A stretch of 64,000 bases of DNA from Diplonema japonicum (Eukaryota > Protista > Euglenozoa: Diplonemea): NCBI GenBank assembly GCA_964019335.1, contig OZ025683.1, positions 1-64,000 of the forward strand, read 5' to 3'. This document shows positions 9,608 to 20,325 of the stretch, piece after piece. Both the position numbers and the translations under genes were made by a program. How positions within the stretch are numbered: position 1 is the stretch's first letter; every line of letters begins with the position of its first letter. The notes under the pieces were generated by a model, which worked only from the letters and a program-made list of their open reading frames with translations, did no database searches and was not told the DNA's origin.

Positions 9608-9689
9608 GCGGACGTATCCAAGTGGTTACGGAGGTGCACTCGAAATGCATTGGGCTCTGCCCGCGCAGGTTCAAATCCTGCCGTCCGCG
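9608..9689 (+). tRNA. tRNA-Ser(CGA)
   Basis: GCGGACG/CGTCCGC acceptor stem, anticodon arm GTGCA CTCGAAA TGCAT, long variable arm, GCAGG TTCAAAT CCTGC T-arm, G discriminator, T7 terminator. Confidence 0.95.
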
Positions 9690-9754
9690 ATTTTTTTGGT
9701 TACTTCTGGCAGGACCGCTAGGGAATATTGATTTCTTGGAATTTGAGGATCATG

Positions 9755-10600
9755 AAGAGCGAACCGGCATCGTACAGGCCGATCTCATTAACCTCGGGAA
9801 TTTCAAAGACAATGGAGAGGATAGTGAAGATCAGGATCGACTACCACCAAGACGTGGGCGATGTAAAGAAGGTTCACAAAATGCAGTCAGGTTTCAGGAA
9901 GGGGCGTTCCACTGAAGAGAACGTCTTGCAGGTTACAACGAAACTAGATCGCATCAGAGGAGACGAGTTCTGCGGGGGTCTCCTGCTCTTTGACCTGAAA
10001 GGGCTTTTGATACAGTCTGGCATAAAGGACTGAACGCAAAGCTGAGATACAGCAAGTACCCGCAGAGGATAACGAACTGGGTCGCTGCCTTCCTGAACCA
10101 AAGGGTTGCAGCCGTCAAGGTGGACGGCAAGATAGGGAAACAAAGGCAGATAAAAGGAGGGGTTCCACAGGGGACGATCCTGGCTCCGACCCTCTTCTCA
10201 ATATACATGGACGACCTGTCAGCGATTTTCGCAAAGGAGGGAATTGACGCTGTGATGTACGCAGACGACATCGCGGTGGTGGTTCATGAGAAAGATGTTG
10301 AGAAGCTGAACGAGAAGCTGTCGAGGATCCTGAGGATTGTGGAGACTTGGTGCTCCTGGAACTCGATGGTGATATCAAAAGACAAGACAGAGTTCTTGCC
10401 AGTAGCGGGCATCTCATATCCCCAAAGGACCCTAAAAGGGAAGATATCGGCAACCTTTGCGGGGGGGAAGGAATCGGTGCTTACGGCAACTTCGTGGGAC
10501 ATGCTGTTCTGGCCGAGTTCGACTCGCTACAATACACAGCAGCGAGGTTGATAACGGGATGCTTCGACAAGACTTCCGCGACGTTCAGGAGGGGAGAGTA
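9755..10600 (+). pseudogene. Degenerate reverse transcriptase of a second LINE family
   Basis: SYRPISLTS, QSGFRKGRST and LLFDLK, then a frameshift, then GVPQGTILAP, YMDDL and YADD; deleted downstream. Confidence 0.88.
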
Positions 10601-10734
10601 AAACTTGTTTCGCATACGGACTGAGGTACGGCACCGCCCCGGCGATTAAAAAAAAAAAAAAAAAGGAACAGAAAAAAGTGAACCAAAAAAGTACTAGTGA
10701 ACCCTCTCCCCCTCCCCCTGTGTTTCCCATTATA

Positions 10735-11200
10735 CCCTGTCGTGCACCCCAACTTCTGTCTTCACCTTTCCCCGCCCCTTCACACACATCCCCCCGTATC
10801 ATTTTCCTTTGTTTTGAATTTTCTAAGGCTCCGCCGCCCAACAAAGCTGGCTGAAGGGGATGCCTCCGTGCCAGTGTGCCGCTCGTGAGGGCGAGCACGG
10901 ACGAGGTACCCCACTCCTCAAAAACCCGGAGGTTGCGCCCGAAGGGTGCTGGCTTGGGAAGCGGGCTGGAGAGCTGCCGGGGTCACGGAGGTGGGCGAAG
11001 TCGCGAACACTGGAGCCTACGTACCGGCCCCACCTCCGTCCTCGGTACGTATGGATAGTATAGCGGAAGTTTCAAGGTTATCTCATTCCTTTCCCCCTTT
11101 CGTTAGATACAGGGAGACCCTTGGTCCACCTGTTCTGTCCCCCCCCCCCCAGCCTTTGCTTCGCACGTCAGTGGTTCATTCATTATTATTATTATTATTA
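10735..11200 (+). repeat. Putative LINE 3' UTR (copy 1) with structured core and (ATT)n tail
   Basis: 10735-11059 aligns with 11709-11999; (ATT)6 at 11182-11200; follows the decayed RT. Confidence 0.7.
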
Positions 11201-11205
11201 ATTTG

Positions 11206-11999
11206 AGGCAATGACCGCCCTGTCGCACAGGCTAACTGGGTACAGGTACTCGGACAACGGTGGGGTGAACAGGAGCGGTGGGTTGTGGCTGGTGTCGCTG
11301 GTGAGTGGCGTACGGTTTGTTTGTGCTGGTTCCGCTGTGTTGTGGTGTGATGCGTGCGGCGGCGTCGCCCAGTGTTCCAGCGTACCCCATCCGAGAGACG
11401 TGAGGCTGAGACCGGTCTCGCGCGAAGTGGAGGCCACAGTGTTGATCCCGGCGCCCTTCAGGCAATGACCGCCCTGTCGCAACTGGAAGGCCAGACAGAT
11501 CGGTAGCCGAACTGGGTACAGACAAACGGATCGACGGTGGGGTGCACGGGGACACTGGAAGAGAACTGGTTGCGGTGGAGGTGCGCTAGTCTGCGTGGCG
11601 TGTGCTGCTGGGTGCGAGGCGTGCTGTGCCGGGCTGGCAAGAAGTAGAAGTAGATTTAAACTTTTTTAGTAATAGTACTCTCATCCCCCATGTCTTCCCT
11701 TTTTTTTGCCCTGTCGTGCACCCCAACTACTTTCTTCCTCTGGTTATGTTTTCTTTACATTTTTATATTCCAAAGGCTCCACAGCCCAACAAAACCGGCT
11801 GAAGGGGATGCCTCCGTGCCGGTGTGCCTACGAGCACTGACGAGGTACCCCACCCCTTGAAATCCCGGAGGTTCGGCCAAAGGGTGCTGTTGTGCGATGC
11901 GGGCTGGTGAGATGCCGAGGGACGTTGAAGGTGGGCACAGTTGCGAACGCTGGGAGCCCCCGGGCCTGCCCACCTCCCGCCTCGGTACGTATGGATAGT
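11206..11999 (+). mobile_element. 5'-truncated decayed LINE end: zinc-finger-like remnant, internal duplication and 3' UTR copy 2
   Basis: AGGCAATGACCGCCCTGTCGCA is repeated at 11206 and 11460. TALSHRLTGY...CDACG resembles the LINE C-terminus. 11709-11999 repeats 10735-11059. Confidence 0.6.
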
Positions 12000-12064
12000 T
12001 GTGGGAGGGTTTTCTTTAAACTTTTACAAAAAATTTGTCAACCCCTCTCGTTCCCCCTTTCACT

Positions 12065-12104
12065 TGCAGGAGGTGGGTTCAAACCCCACTCTCGTCATTT
12101 TTTT
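12065..12104 (+). pseudogene. 3' remnant of a tRNA gene (Leu-like)
   Basis: GTGGG TTCAAAC CCCAC T-arm (12073-12089), 7-nt acceptor strand TCTCGTC, A discriminator and T7; no 5' half visible. Confidence 0.6.
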
Positions 12105-12203
12105 GTTAATGCACTCTTAGCAGACCAGAGTGCAACTTGTCCAAATCTCCAAGAAGAAACAGACACTGAAAGTTGTGGGCATTGTCCTTATTTGAAAAAA
12201 ATC

Positions 12204-12274
12204 TGCGACCGCCGGGAATCGAACCCGGGTCGAATCCTTGGGAGGGATCCATCATGCCACTAGACCACGGTCGC
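12204..12274 (-). tRNA. tRNA-Gly(CCC)
   Basis: Reverse complement GCGACCG-TGGTCTAGTGGCATGAT-GGATCC CTCCCAA GGATT-CGAC-CCGGG TTCGATT CCCGG-CGGTCGC-A; T7 terminator at 12195-12201. Confidence 0.95.
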
Positions 12275-12280
12275 ACCTGA

Positions 12281-12621
12281 TTTTTTTTAATAATAATAAT
12301 AATAAATATTCCACTACCAGGCGGGAGGATCGAAGGGGAGTAGAGAAAACCAAAGGGAATGGGACATCACTTCAAACCAAGAGAGGTGTTTGAAAGTGAT
12401 TCGTGAAAAGCAGTCTCTGTTACTGAGCCATTGGTCGAGGGGTCCTGGTCCGCTGCTCCCTGTTGTAAATTACTTGGACCCCCTCACCACGCTCTTTTCA
12501 TAATAAAATAAAACCGATCCCACCCACCAGGCAGCACCTGGGTCTCGAGGCATTAGCCGCCTCTAGTAACAAGAGACGACCTCCCAGATTTTAAGAACTT
12601 TGGAGGAGTTTCAATTGTGAA

Positions 12622-12625
<4 letters not shown>
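12281..12625 (-). mobile_element. Structured segment ending in an (ATT)n+A8 tail, probably the 3' end of a third LINE/SINE family
   Basis: Several hairpins and a pyrimidine tract. The terminus AGTGG..ATTTATTATT resembles AGTGGTTCATTCATTATT at 11170-11200. Confidence 0.5.
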
Positions 12626-12657
<32 letters not shown>

Positions 12658-13562
12658 CAAAATACCAATGCAGGGCCGCCATGGAGAGCAACACCTGAGA
12701 AAAGGGAAAAGAAGGTGAAGGGAAACCATGGGGAAATAAGGAGGGCAATGGACCAGGCTTCTGCAAGCAGGAGGAGCCCTGGTCCCCCACCAACCCGTGC
12801 TCTGCTTTGGGACAGCCGAAGAGGGCTGAATTACATTATTCCCTCAGTCAAGTGAGAGAAAAACGGGGGCCTACCTTCCAGCTGGATGTCCTTCTTTGGC
12901 TGGAACCTCCGGCGGAAAGCCCCCCAGGGAGGTATTGCTCCTATTGAGCGAATCATAAAAGGAAAGGGGAAATGGGAAAACAAGGAGAGGAAGAGAGAAT
13001 GGGGAGACACAACAATTCATTTCACACACACACGTGGGGCGGTCCCTTAGCGCAGCACGGGGGCCGCGGGACCGGCGTCAAGAGAGACCGGAGGAGGGGG
13101 CGGCACGTTTGAAGGTGCAGTGACGTCTGTAGACGCCAGGGATGATGGCGAGGTGAACAGTCCGGAGCGTGACCAGGCGAGCAGGCCAGACTCAACAATG
13201 AGGTCGTAGATCTGGGTCACGCGTCTCGACAGAGAGAAGGCTAGGGAGGGAGTACCAGCAGGAGTGTCGATCGCCCCCCTCCCGATCACAGGGCACCCAC
13301 CGACAACATGCTCCCTGGACATCGGTGCTGCGTGGCAGGCTGGACACCGGAGCACACCCTTGTGCTTCCTGTTCGGGCCAGCAGTCTGCAGGAAGCCGAA
13401 GAAGAGAGCCGAGTGACCAATCCGCAGCCGCGAGATGACCGTTTCAGCTTGTCTGGGGAAGCCAAGGGGGAAGTGCGCAGACCGAAGCTCGGTCGCCACC
13501 GCGTAGTTGTGGGCGAGGGATGTTATGAGCTCCGCGGACCTCCGCACCACCCACGTCGCACC
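12626..13562 (-). mobile_element. 5'-truncated copy of the full-length Ingi-like element
   Basis: T32 tail (12626-12657); 3' UTR and last ~170 codons nearly identical to 4622-5565, apart from a diverged linker. Confidence 0.95.
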
Positions 13563-13647
13563 GTGAAAAATTGTCGGGAACGATAACAATAAATATTCCA
13601 CTATCTGTCGCCACTGCATGTTTCCCTTCCTGTGTGAGTTTTGACTT

Positions 13648-15031
13648 TGTAAAACGAATAATGTTGGACGGAAAAACTCCCTGACACCAAAAAAACCAGG
13701 ACATTTTTCCGTCTGGGAGTTTTTCTGAGAAGAAGCCTTTTTACTTAAGGGGGTAGCAGCTCCCACCACGTTTGCCTGGAAGGGCTTTATTCCTTGTGCA
13801 AAATGTTTACCCTGTGTGGCAGTTTGAATTTTTCTTCCCCCTTTCAATGCAACAAACAGCACCCACGGGATCTTTAACTTCTCATAAACCCGTACTTCTT
13901 TCGTCAAATTGACCAGTTTGACCACCCAAGGCACGTTGAGCAGCTGGCTTGTGAGGGGCCCAACTTTGGTGCTGACACCCCCGGCCAGATCACCCCCGAG
14001 AGGTGGAGGAGATAAACACCTACACCGGGCCGAGAAGGCCAGTACAAACCCCCGAAAGCAGCTTCAGCCCCCGAAGGATGCTAAATCCCGTATTGGGCGA
14101 TACGCTGCTATCACGGCGTCGCGGCGGCCAGGGTGTGGTATCCCGCGGAGGAGTGGGGGCTCTGTTGGGCCTGTTGCTGCCCCCTTTACCGTCGGTCGCA
14201 AACCTCTTCTGACCGAGGCAGAGGTCGCCAAGGTTTTTGCTTCGGTCGATAGGTAAAACGGGCTTGGCGAGCCTATCCCAGCACATCAAATATGCACCTA
14301 TGCAGAATGTAAAAACTAAAACGAAAGGGGGTGCCAAGGTCGTTAAAGTCCGTGGCTTGGGGGACAAAACGGCTATAACCGAACAGCTGGCTGTTTCCTT
14401 GGCTGGATGAGTTGCATCCGCAACTTAAATACAGAGGCAAAGCGGGAATGCAACCGGCGGGATTATCCGTGCCCCGGTCAAACCCGCCCACCGAATGGAG
14501 CCTAACGGCATCGCCCAATCATTGGGCTAATTATGATACACTCGGTATCTGGGTTACGGAGCTGTTTCTTCCTTTTGCTATAAATCATCGATTCCCATGG
14601 TTTTGCCGAACGGGCCGGTTCTGCTGCTTGTCGGCGACTACAACTCGCATACGGCCTATGGGTTCGTAGAGTTGTTCGCAGGCGCAAACGTGCACATTGC
14701 TTTTGTCCCCCCTGGGCTCACCTACATGGTTCAACCGATGGATATTGGGTTGAACGCAGCTGTAAAGCATCTATTAAGGTTATAAATAGTGGGCCACACG
14801 AAGGCTCGACAAGCTGATTGCCTCAGGGGCAGCAAGGGAGGACAAAGATGCAGAAAGGGAACCCTGGGGGTTTCTTCGCGCGGTTGCCGTTTGCAGCCCA
14901 GGCCAGTATGTAGGTAGGTAGTGGACCAGGCCCCCTGACAGCCTTACCTAAAAAAAATTCCCGGACGGAAAAACTCCCGGACGCCAAAAAAACTCGGACA
15001 TTTTTCCGTCTGGGAGTTTTTCGTTTTACAG
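13648..15031 (+). mobile_element. Decayed pogo/Tc2-like (DDE_1) DNA transposon
   Basis: Imperfect TIRs TGTAAAACGAA..GACGGAAAAA, with TA after the right end; a ~60-bp subterminal palindromic unit at 13666 and 14963; frameshifted transposase remnant. Confidence 0.75.
14412..14785 (+). pseudogene. DDE_1 transposase fragment
   Basis: NHWAN...W, frameshift, then PVLLLVGDYNSH..VPPGLTYMVQPMDIGLNAAVK, typical of pogo-family transposases. Confidence 0.8.
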
Positions 15032-15277
15032 TATGTAAAATAAGAATTAAGAAGTATGTGCATGAGAGAAAAAAAAAAAAGTGCGAAAAATAAAAATAAA
15101 GAGCAAAGGTAATTGTAAAGGTCTGCAAGCAGTGCTGTTTCAGGAGCTAGGAATTTCCCACAAGCGTGAGGGCAATGAAGCTGTAATGAACTGGCTGGTA
15201 TGCGAAGATATGGGAGAACTGTAACATTGGGAGGAACAACTGATTGAGTGAAGCAGCAGCACATTCGCATTATTAAC

Positions 15278-16979
15278 TTACTTTGAGACGACCTTAGGAT
15301 TGGAAAGCAGGCTTCCCATGTTGCCAGCGTCCGCACCGAAGAAGAGACTTGCGTTGGCCTTGTCGATGGCGCTGCCTGTTCTGTCAATTTTAGTGAGTTC
15401 AACAGCTACGCTGGACGAGGCAATGAAGTCCGCAGCCTTCTTGGCACCCTCAGCCCGCACTTCCTCTGCTGCTGCCTCGGATTCAGCAGCGATGGCAAGG
15501 CACGCAGCCCTCGTCTTTGCCTCGACAAGCTGTGCATCGGCCTCTGCGTTTGCTTTGATCCTGATGGCCGTTGCATTACCCTTAGCAGCTGTCTCCAGCT
15601 GCTGTGCTTCTGCCGCCGCTACGGCACCCTTCGCCAAACTGTTCATGAGATTCGGGTCCGCGGGCTTTGCGGAGATGATGTTAATGCCGATGATCTCAAC
15701 ACCGTACTTCGATGTGATGCTGTTTGCGTGTCCCACTGCGTTCTGCATCCTCCCAATGTCGAACAGAATGCTCGTCTCCTGCCCCACAGGCGTCCCCATT
15801 GTCGGGGCGTTCTGCACCTGCGCGGTTGGAGAGAACGAGTCCGAGTAGTTGACAGTTCCGATAAACGAGGACAACGATGCGGAGGCCTGTTTTAAAATAT
15901 CATTCCTCAGCTTCTCGATGTCGCTCGATCCTCGCATCGTCTCTGCTGCGTTGCGCGCAGCAAGCTCCACGTCGCTGATCCTCCAGTTGACAGTTGCGTC
16001 TGTTAACATCAGCACGTTGTCTGCGGTGATGACCTCGATCCTAGCGAGGTTGTCAGTCTGGATCTTCGTTGATAAGAACTTCTCGAACTTGTGGTTCCTG
16101 TGCGCCAGGAAGTGCACGGCACCCCCACCCTTGATCTCCTGTTTCCCGTTGTTCTGCGTGACGGCTGCGTACCCCTCGTCAACTGTGAGCAGCGTGTAGG
16201 GTCCCAAGTAAATCACAGGCTCGTTCATGTCAATCACCTTCTCAAACTTTAGCGTCGATGACTTCCACTGATGGAACCCAGGGGGGAGCAGCACCGGCTG
16301 CCCTTTGTCCATGGCAAGCCCGATGAAGCCCTGGTTCACAACCACAATGCACCAATCACCGAACACCAGCGGGGCGTTCGACTCAGTGTAGCTGTAGAGT
16401 CTGTCCTCTACCCTCATGAATGGGGTCCAGTGCTCGTGCACTCCCTCACCTGCTAGTAAAAACCCACCCTGCCCGTCCATCACCGGACGCAAAGCACCAG
16501 TTGGCACCTCGAACTGCTGCACACAGCAGGAGAAGAAACACGGACAGAAGCATGGCAGCCCTAACCACGACAGTGCTTTGTGGAATGCGTTCTTTTGCCT
16601 GTTGTTGTTGGGTTCCTTTCAGTTGTGCATACGCATCGCTGTTAGCCATCAGAAAATTCTCGGGCTCCCTCCTCTGCAGGGCCTTTGCCACGTCGTGTGT
16701 TTCCAGGCGGTACTTGCACTCAAGCAGTGGGGGGTTCCTCTCTTTTGCAGCTTCCCAAATATCCTGAGCCTTGCCTAAAGGGAAACCGTTCACAGGGCTG
16801 TACTTGTCTATGAAGTCAGCATGTGTCATGAGAAGACCCGTCTCGGGGTCGTGGCGTGGCTGTGATGGGCTAACCTTGGCTTACCTTTAACATACCTTGA
16901 GGATCTGGTACGAAGGTGTATCCTCGAACACGTCCTCATGCTGCAAGAGCTGCACGTCGTCTTGAATATTGCGGGACAT
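15278..16979 (-). CDS. SPFH/band-7 domain protein, 3 exons
   Basis: ITADNV, ATVNWRI and YGVEIIGINIISAKP plus Ala/Glu coiled coil; GT-AG introns 16860-16895 and 16599-16632 join the frames. Confidence 0.85.
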
Positions 16980-17394
16980 TATGTTTTTCCTTTTTTTTTC
17001 CCCCTTGAATATTAAAAAACCATTGAAAGGAAGTTGTTGAAATTAAAGCAAGAAAAAAAAAGGAGAAAAAAAAAAAAGAAAAAAAAAGAGTACTGGCCGT
17101 TGTTTGTACGCGCCGGGAGGAATAAACCTGGAGAAATTTATGACCCGAAAACACGTTGCCAACGTTTCTCCTTTTTGTTAGAGACAAGTCAAAAACTCGT
17201 TCTTGCAAAGAAAAAGAAGCAACATTCTTCTTAAAAAAAAAAAGAAGAATGAAAGAAAAAAAAAACTTTAAAGGCATGATACTATGCAAATAAAGAATGC
17301 AAAAGAAAAAAAAAAAGGGGATTTAAAAGGAACAAAGTGGGTAAATGAAAAGAAGAGAAAAAAGTGGGAGGAGTATGACTCCCTGCCGCCAGAA

Positions 17395-17425
<31 letters not shown>

Positions 17426-17595
17426 CCTTTTCAAACATATGGAACAAAGAAAGAAATAACCCAAGGAGCCCTCAACTGAGGCTCCATCGGAGGGATAAGC
17501 ACCATATAGAACATAGACCTTGAGGCCAGGCTTCCCAGAGCCAAAGGCCTTTTTTGGGCAGGCAGAGCATGACATAGGTCACAACTTTGATTGTC

Positions 17596-17630
<35 letters not shown>

Positions 17631-17854
17631 ACCTTGCTGGCTGCAAAAGGGCGGATAGGAAGAGAAGGGCCCAGCAAACTGTTGTTGTTGTTTTCTTTTT
17701 TTTTTGTCCCCCCCCTTTTTTTTTGCTGGTCATGTTCTTTCTTTCTCAAGAAGAAAGGCTGACGGATGGAGAAAAAAAAAATGCGAGGAGAAAAAAAGAG
17801 AATAAAAAAAAAATAAAAAAACGCACACAGTAAATAAATAGGGAGAACCCACGC

Positions 17855-18619
17855 CTAGCCCCTGTTGTGCAGCTGCGGGACGACGATGGTAGCAGTGGCA
17901 GCATCATCGAGGCACCACAACGGCTGAACAACACCTGTGATGTTGGTGATGGGCTGCGGGTGGCATGAGATAACTTGCCGGGTCACCGCGTGTTGGAACT
18001 CACATGAAAGGGTCCCATCAGACGTGAGATTGAACTGGATAACAACACCCTTCTGCGGGTTGTAAGGGATGGTGCCTGCAGAGTCGTCCCCGTAGATAGT
18101 GAGGTACGTCTTATCCGCAGTCCGTGTGAGGCCTGTGATGTGCCATATGTGGTTTCTGTTGTTCCTGCAGTGTCCGTTTAAATCAAGTTCTGAGTTGCTA
18201 GTGACGCCGAAGTCGACTCGCGGGCTGCCTGTGATGTGCACGGCCCACTGCGTGTCTTCGGTGTTGGTGCCTAGTTTGATGGCCGGTTCGAGCAGTGCTA
18301 CAGAATAGTCGGGCAGGGTGCGGACCAGTGAGAAGACCCTCCCGTTGTCCTCTATTTCCCCCGCCTCACCGCATTTCTCGAAGACGAACGGTACCCGCAC
18401 CTCAGCAGACACCACCTGGTCGCTCGACACCCCAGTCTCGCACACAGGCACGCTGTCGTCGTCTAGCATCTCATCACAGAACTGCAGTTGCAACGCCCGC
18501 ACATCAACACCCATCTGCATGGCGATGTCCCTCCTCAGGTCCCCCACCAAGGCATCCACGTCGAGGTCCACGCAGTAGGTCTCCCCCATGGTGGTCTTCA
18601 CGAACACAGCCATACCCAT
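17855..18619 (-). CDS. Ubiquitin-like domain plus SPRY/NHR-like beta domain protein
   Basis: VFVKTTMGETY..VGDLR..LQF..LDD fits a UBL pattern; beta-rich C-terminus. Confidence 0.75.
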   Translation of the reverse strand: MGMAVFVKTTMGETYCVDLDVDALVGDLRRDIAMQMGVDVRALQLQFCDEMLDDDSVPVCETGVSSDQVVSAEVRVPFVFEKCGEAGEIEDNGRVFSLVRTLPDYSVALLEPAIKLGTNTEDTQWAVHITGSPRVDFGVTSNSELDLNGHCRNNRNHIWHITGLTRTADKTYLTIYGDDSAGTIPYNPQKGVVIQFNLTSDGTLSCEFQHAVTRQVISCHPQPITNITGVVQPLWCLDDAATATIVVPQLHNRG

Positions 18620-18721
18620 TTTTTTTTTAAAATATATTTCGCTTCAGTGTGAATAGAACGGGGAAAGAACGAGGGGGAAAAAAAAAAAAAAACTAAAACA
18701 AGAGTCAACGAGTTGCAATTA

Positions 18722-18766
<45 letters not shown>

Positions 18767-20325
18767 TTGTTAAAGCAAAAGGGAAAAAAAAAAAAAAAAA
18801 CATGAACGGGAGTGAGGCCATAGGCCGCCTTTCCCGTTCTCTAGAAGGGTAGAGGGGAATAAAATGTGGGCCTTATCTCTGATACTCACTGCTATGCAGC
18901 CTAGCTTTTTTTTTTTTATTCTTAATTTTCGCAGTGGAGACTGACCCAAGCCGCCCGAAGGGAGCCCGCTTTCGAGTAGAATGTCTGTTTTTTTTTTTTT
19001 TTTTGATCGCTGGTACCCCAAAGGCACAGCAATAAAAGGGGAAAGAGGGGGCAGGGGAATAGGTAGTTTTTTTTTTTTTTTTTTTTTTTTCTCCTCTCTC
19101 TTTTTTTTTTTCTTCAAAGCCCTTGCAGTGGCACGAAATTTATACGAATTAAAAAGATGTCTTTTAAAAAAAAAAAAAAATACGACCGAAGACATAGAAA
19201 ATTCCCAGCAAAAGCAAAAAATAAGCACTACTCGTACGCACACATCACATAAGGTATGCTTTGGGGGAACTGTGGGCTATGCCGCATCGAATGTACAGAA
19301 TTTTTTTTTTTTAATTCGTCGCAACTACAAATTAGAAAAGTGCAGCCCACAGGAGACAGGCAAGGGAGAAAGCAACACAGCTTACTTCACCTCACTAGTC
19401 TTGCCGCAGGGCTGCACAGGAAGCTCTAGAAGAACACAGGCCATGCATGTCAACTACACTACAAGCCGGTTGCGTGACAGGCGGCGGCCCTACGCTTCGA
19501 CAGGAGAAGTGAGATTTCACACCTCACAAGGTAGACACACGCATCCCTGTGCAGTGGAATGGATACAATGAATTTAACAAGGCTTCCTACACAAGAGAAG
19601 AAAAAAGGGGGGGGTTAATGGAACACAGAAAGGGGGGGGGGGGAAAGGCATTGAAATAGTTTAACAGTAGTTTTTTCGAAGGGCACGAGAAAGAAAAGAA
19701 GTACTGGGAGAAACAAGGAACGCACACCACATTGTACATCACAGTCACAATCTAGTGCTTCAAAGTAGCTTTTTTTTTATATTCTTCTTCTCTTCTTTTT
19801 CTTTATTCTATAAAAGGTGGTGGAGGGGAATCTAGAAGCGTGAAGGTAAAAAAAAAGGGGGTATGTCTATCAAAAAAAAAGAAAGGGACAAAAAAAAGGG
19901 GGGAAGTGAAGAGAAGAGGGGTTTTCCCCTTTTTTTCCCCCTCTTTTCTCCCTCCCCCCTTCTTTTCTTTTGGCCCTAAAAAGAAATTGATAAATTAAGA
20001 AAAAGTAGAAAAAGTTTAAAAAAAAAAATGATAGGGCTGTATCCACAGTGTAATGCTCTTCCCACAAGGTTTGATCATATTTCTTTTCGCCCCTCCCCTC
20101 CCCTCACCTCGCCTTGTGGGTGAGCTTTCTCATCTGAAGCCGCTCGGTCGTGAAGGTAAATTAATTTGTGTTTTTTTTTTTTTAAATTAAAAAAAGGGCA
20201 CCCATTAAGGTGCTGCGAGTCCCGCAGGGGGCGGGACGGAGTACTGAACTGTTACATTGTGCACCAATGCAGCGTCCCTGTGGGAGGTTTCCCCCCCCCC
20301 CCCCCCCCCCCTCCCTTTTCCATAC

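Noticed and set aside
10845-11059. Assignment as hammerhead, HDV or twister ribozyme
   Set aside because: I could not fit the conserved cores in the required order by eye; left as an unknown structure.
13047-13934. 295-aa ORF as a gene
   Set aside because: Chance fusion of flanking/transposon sequence to the truncated LINE C-terminus.
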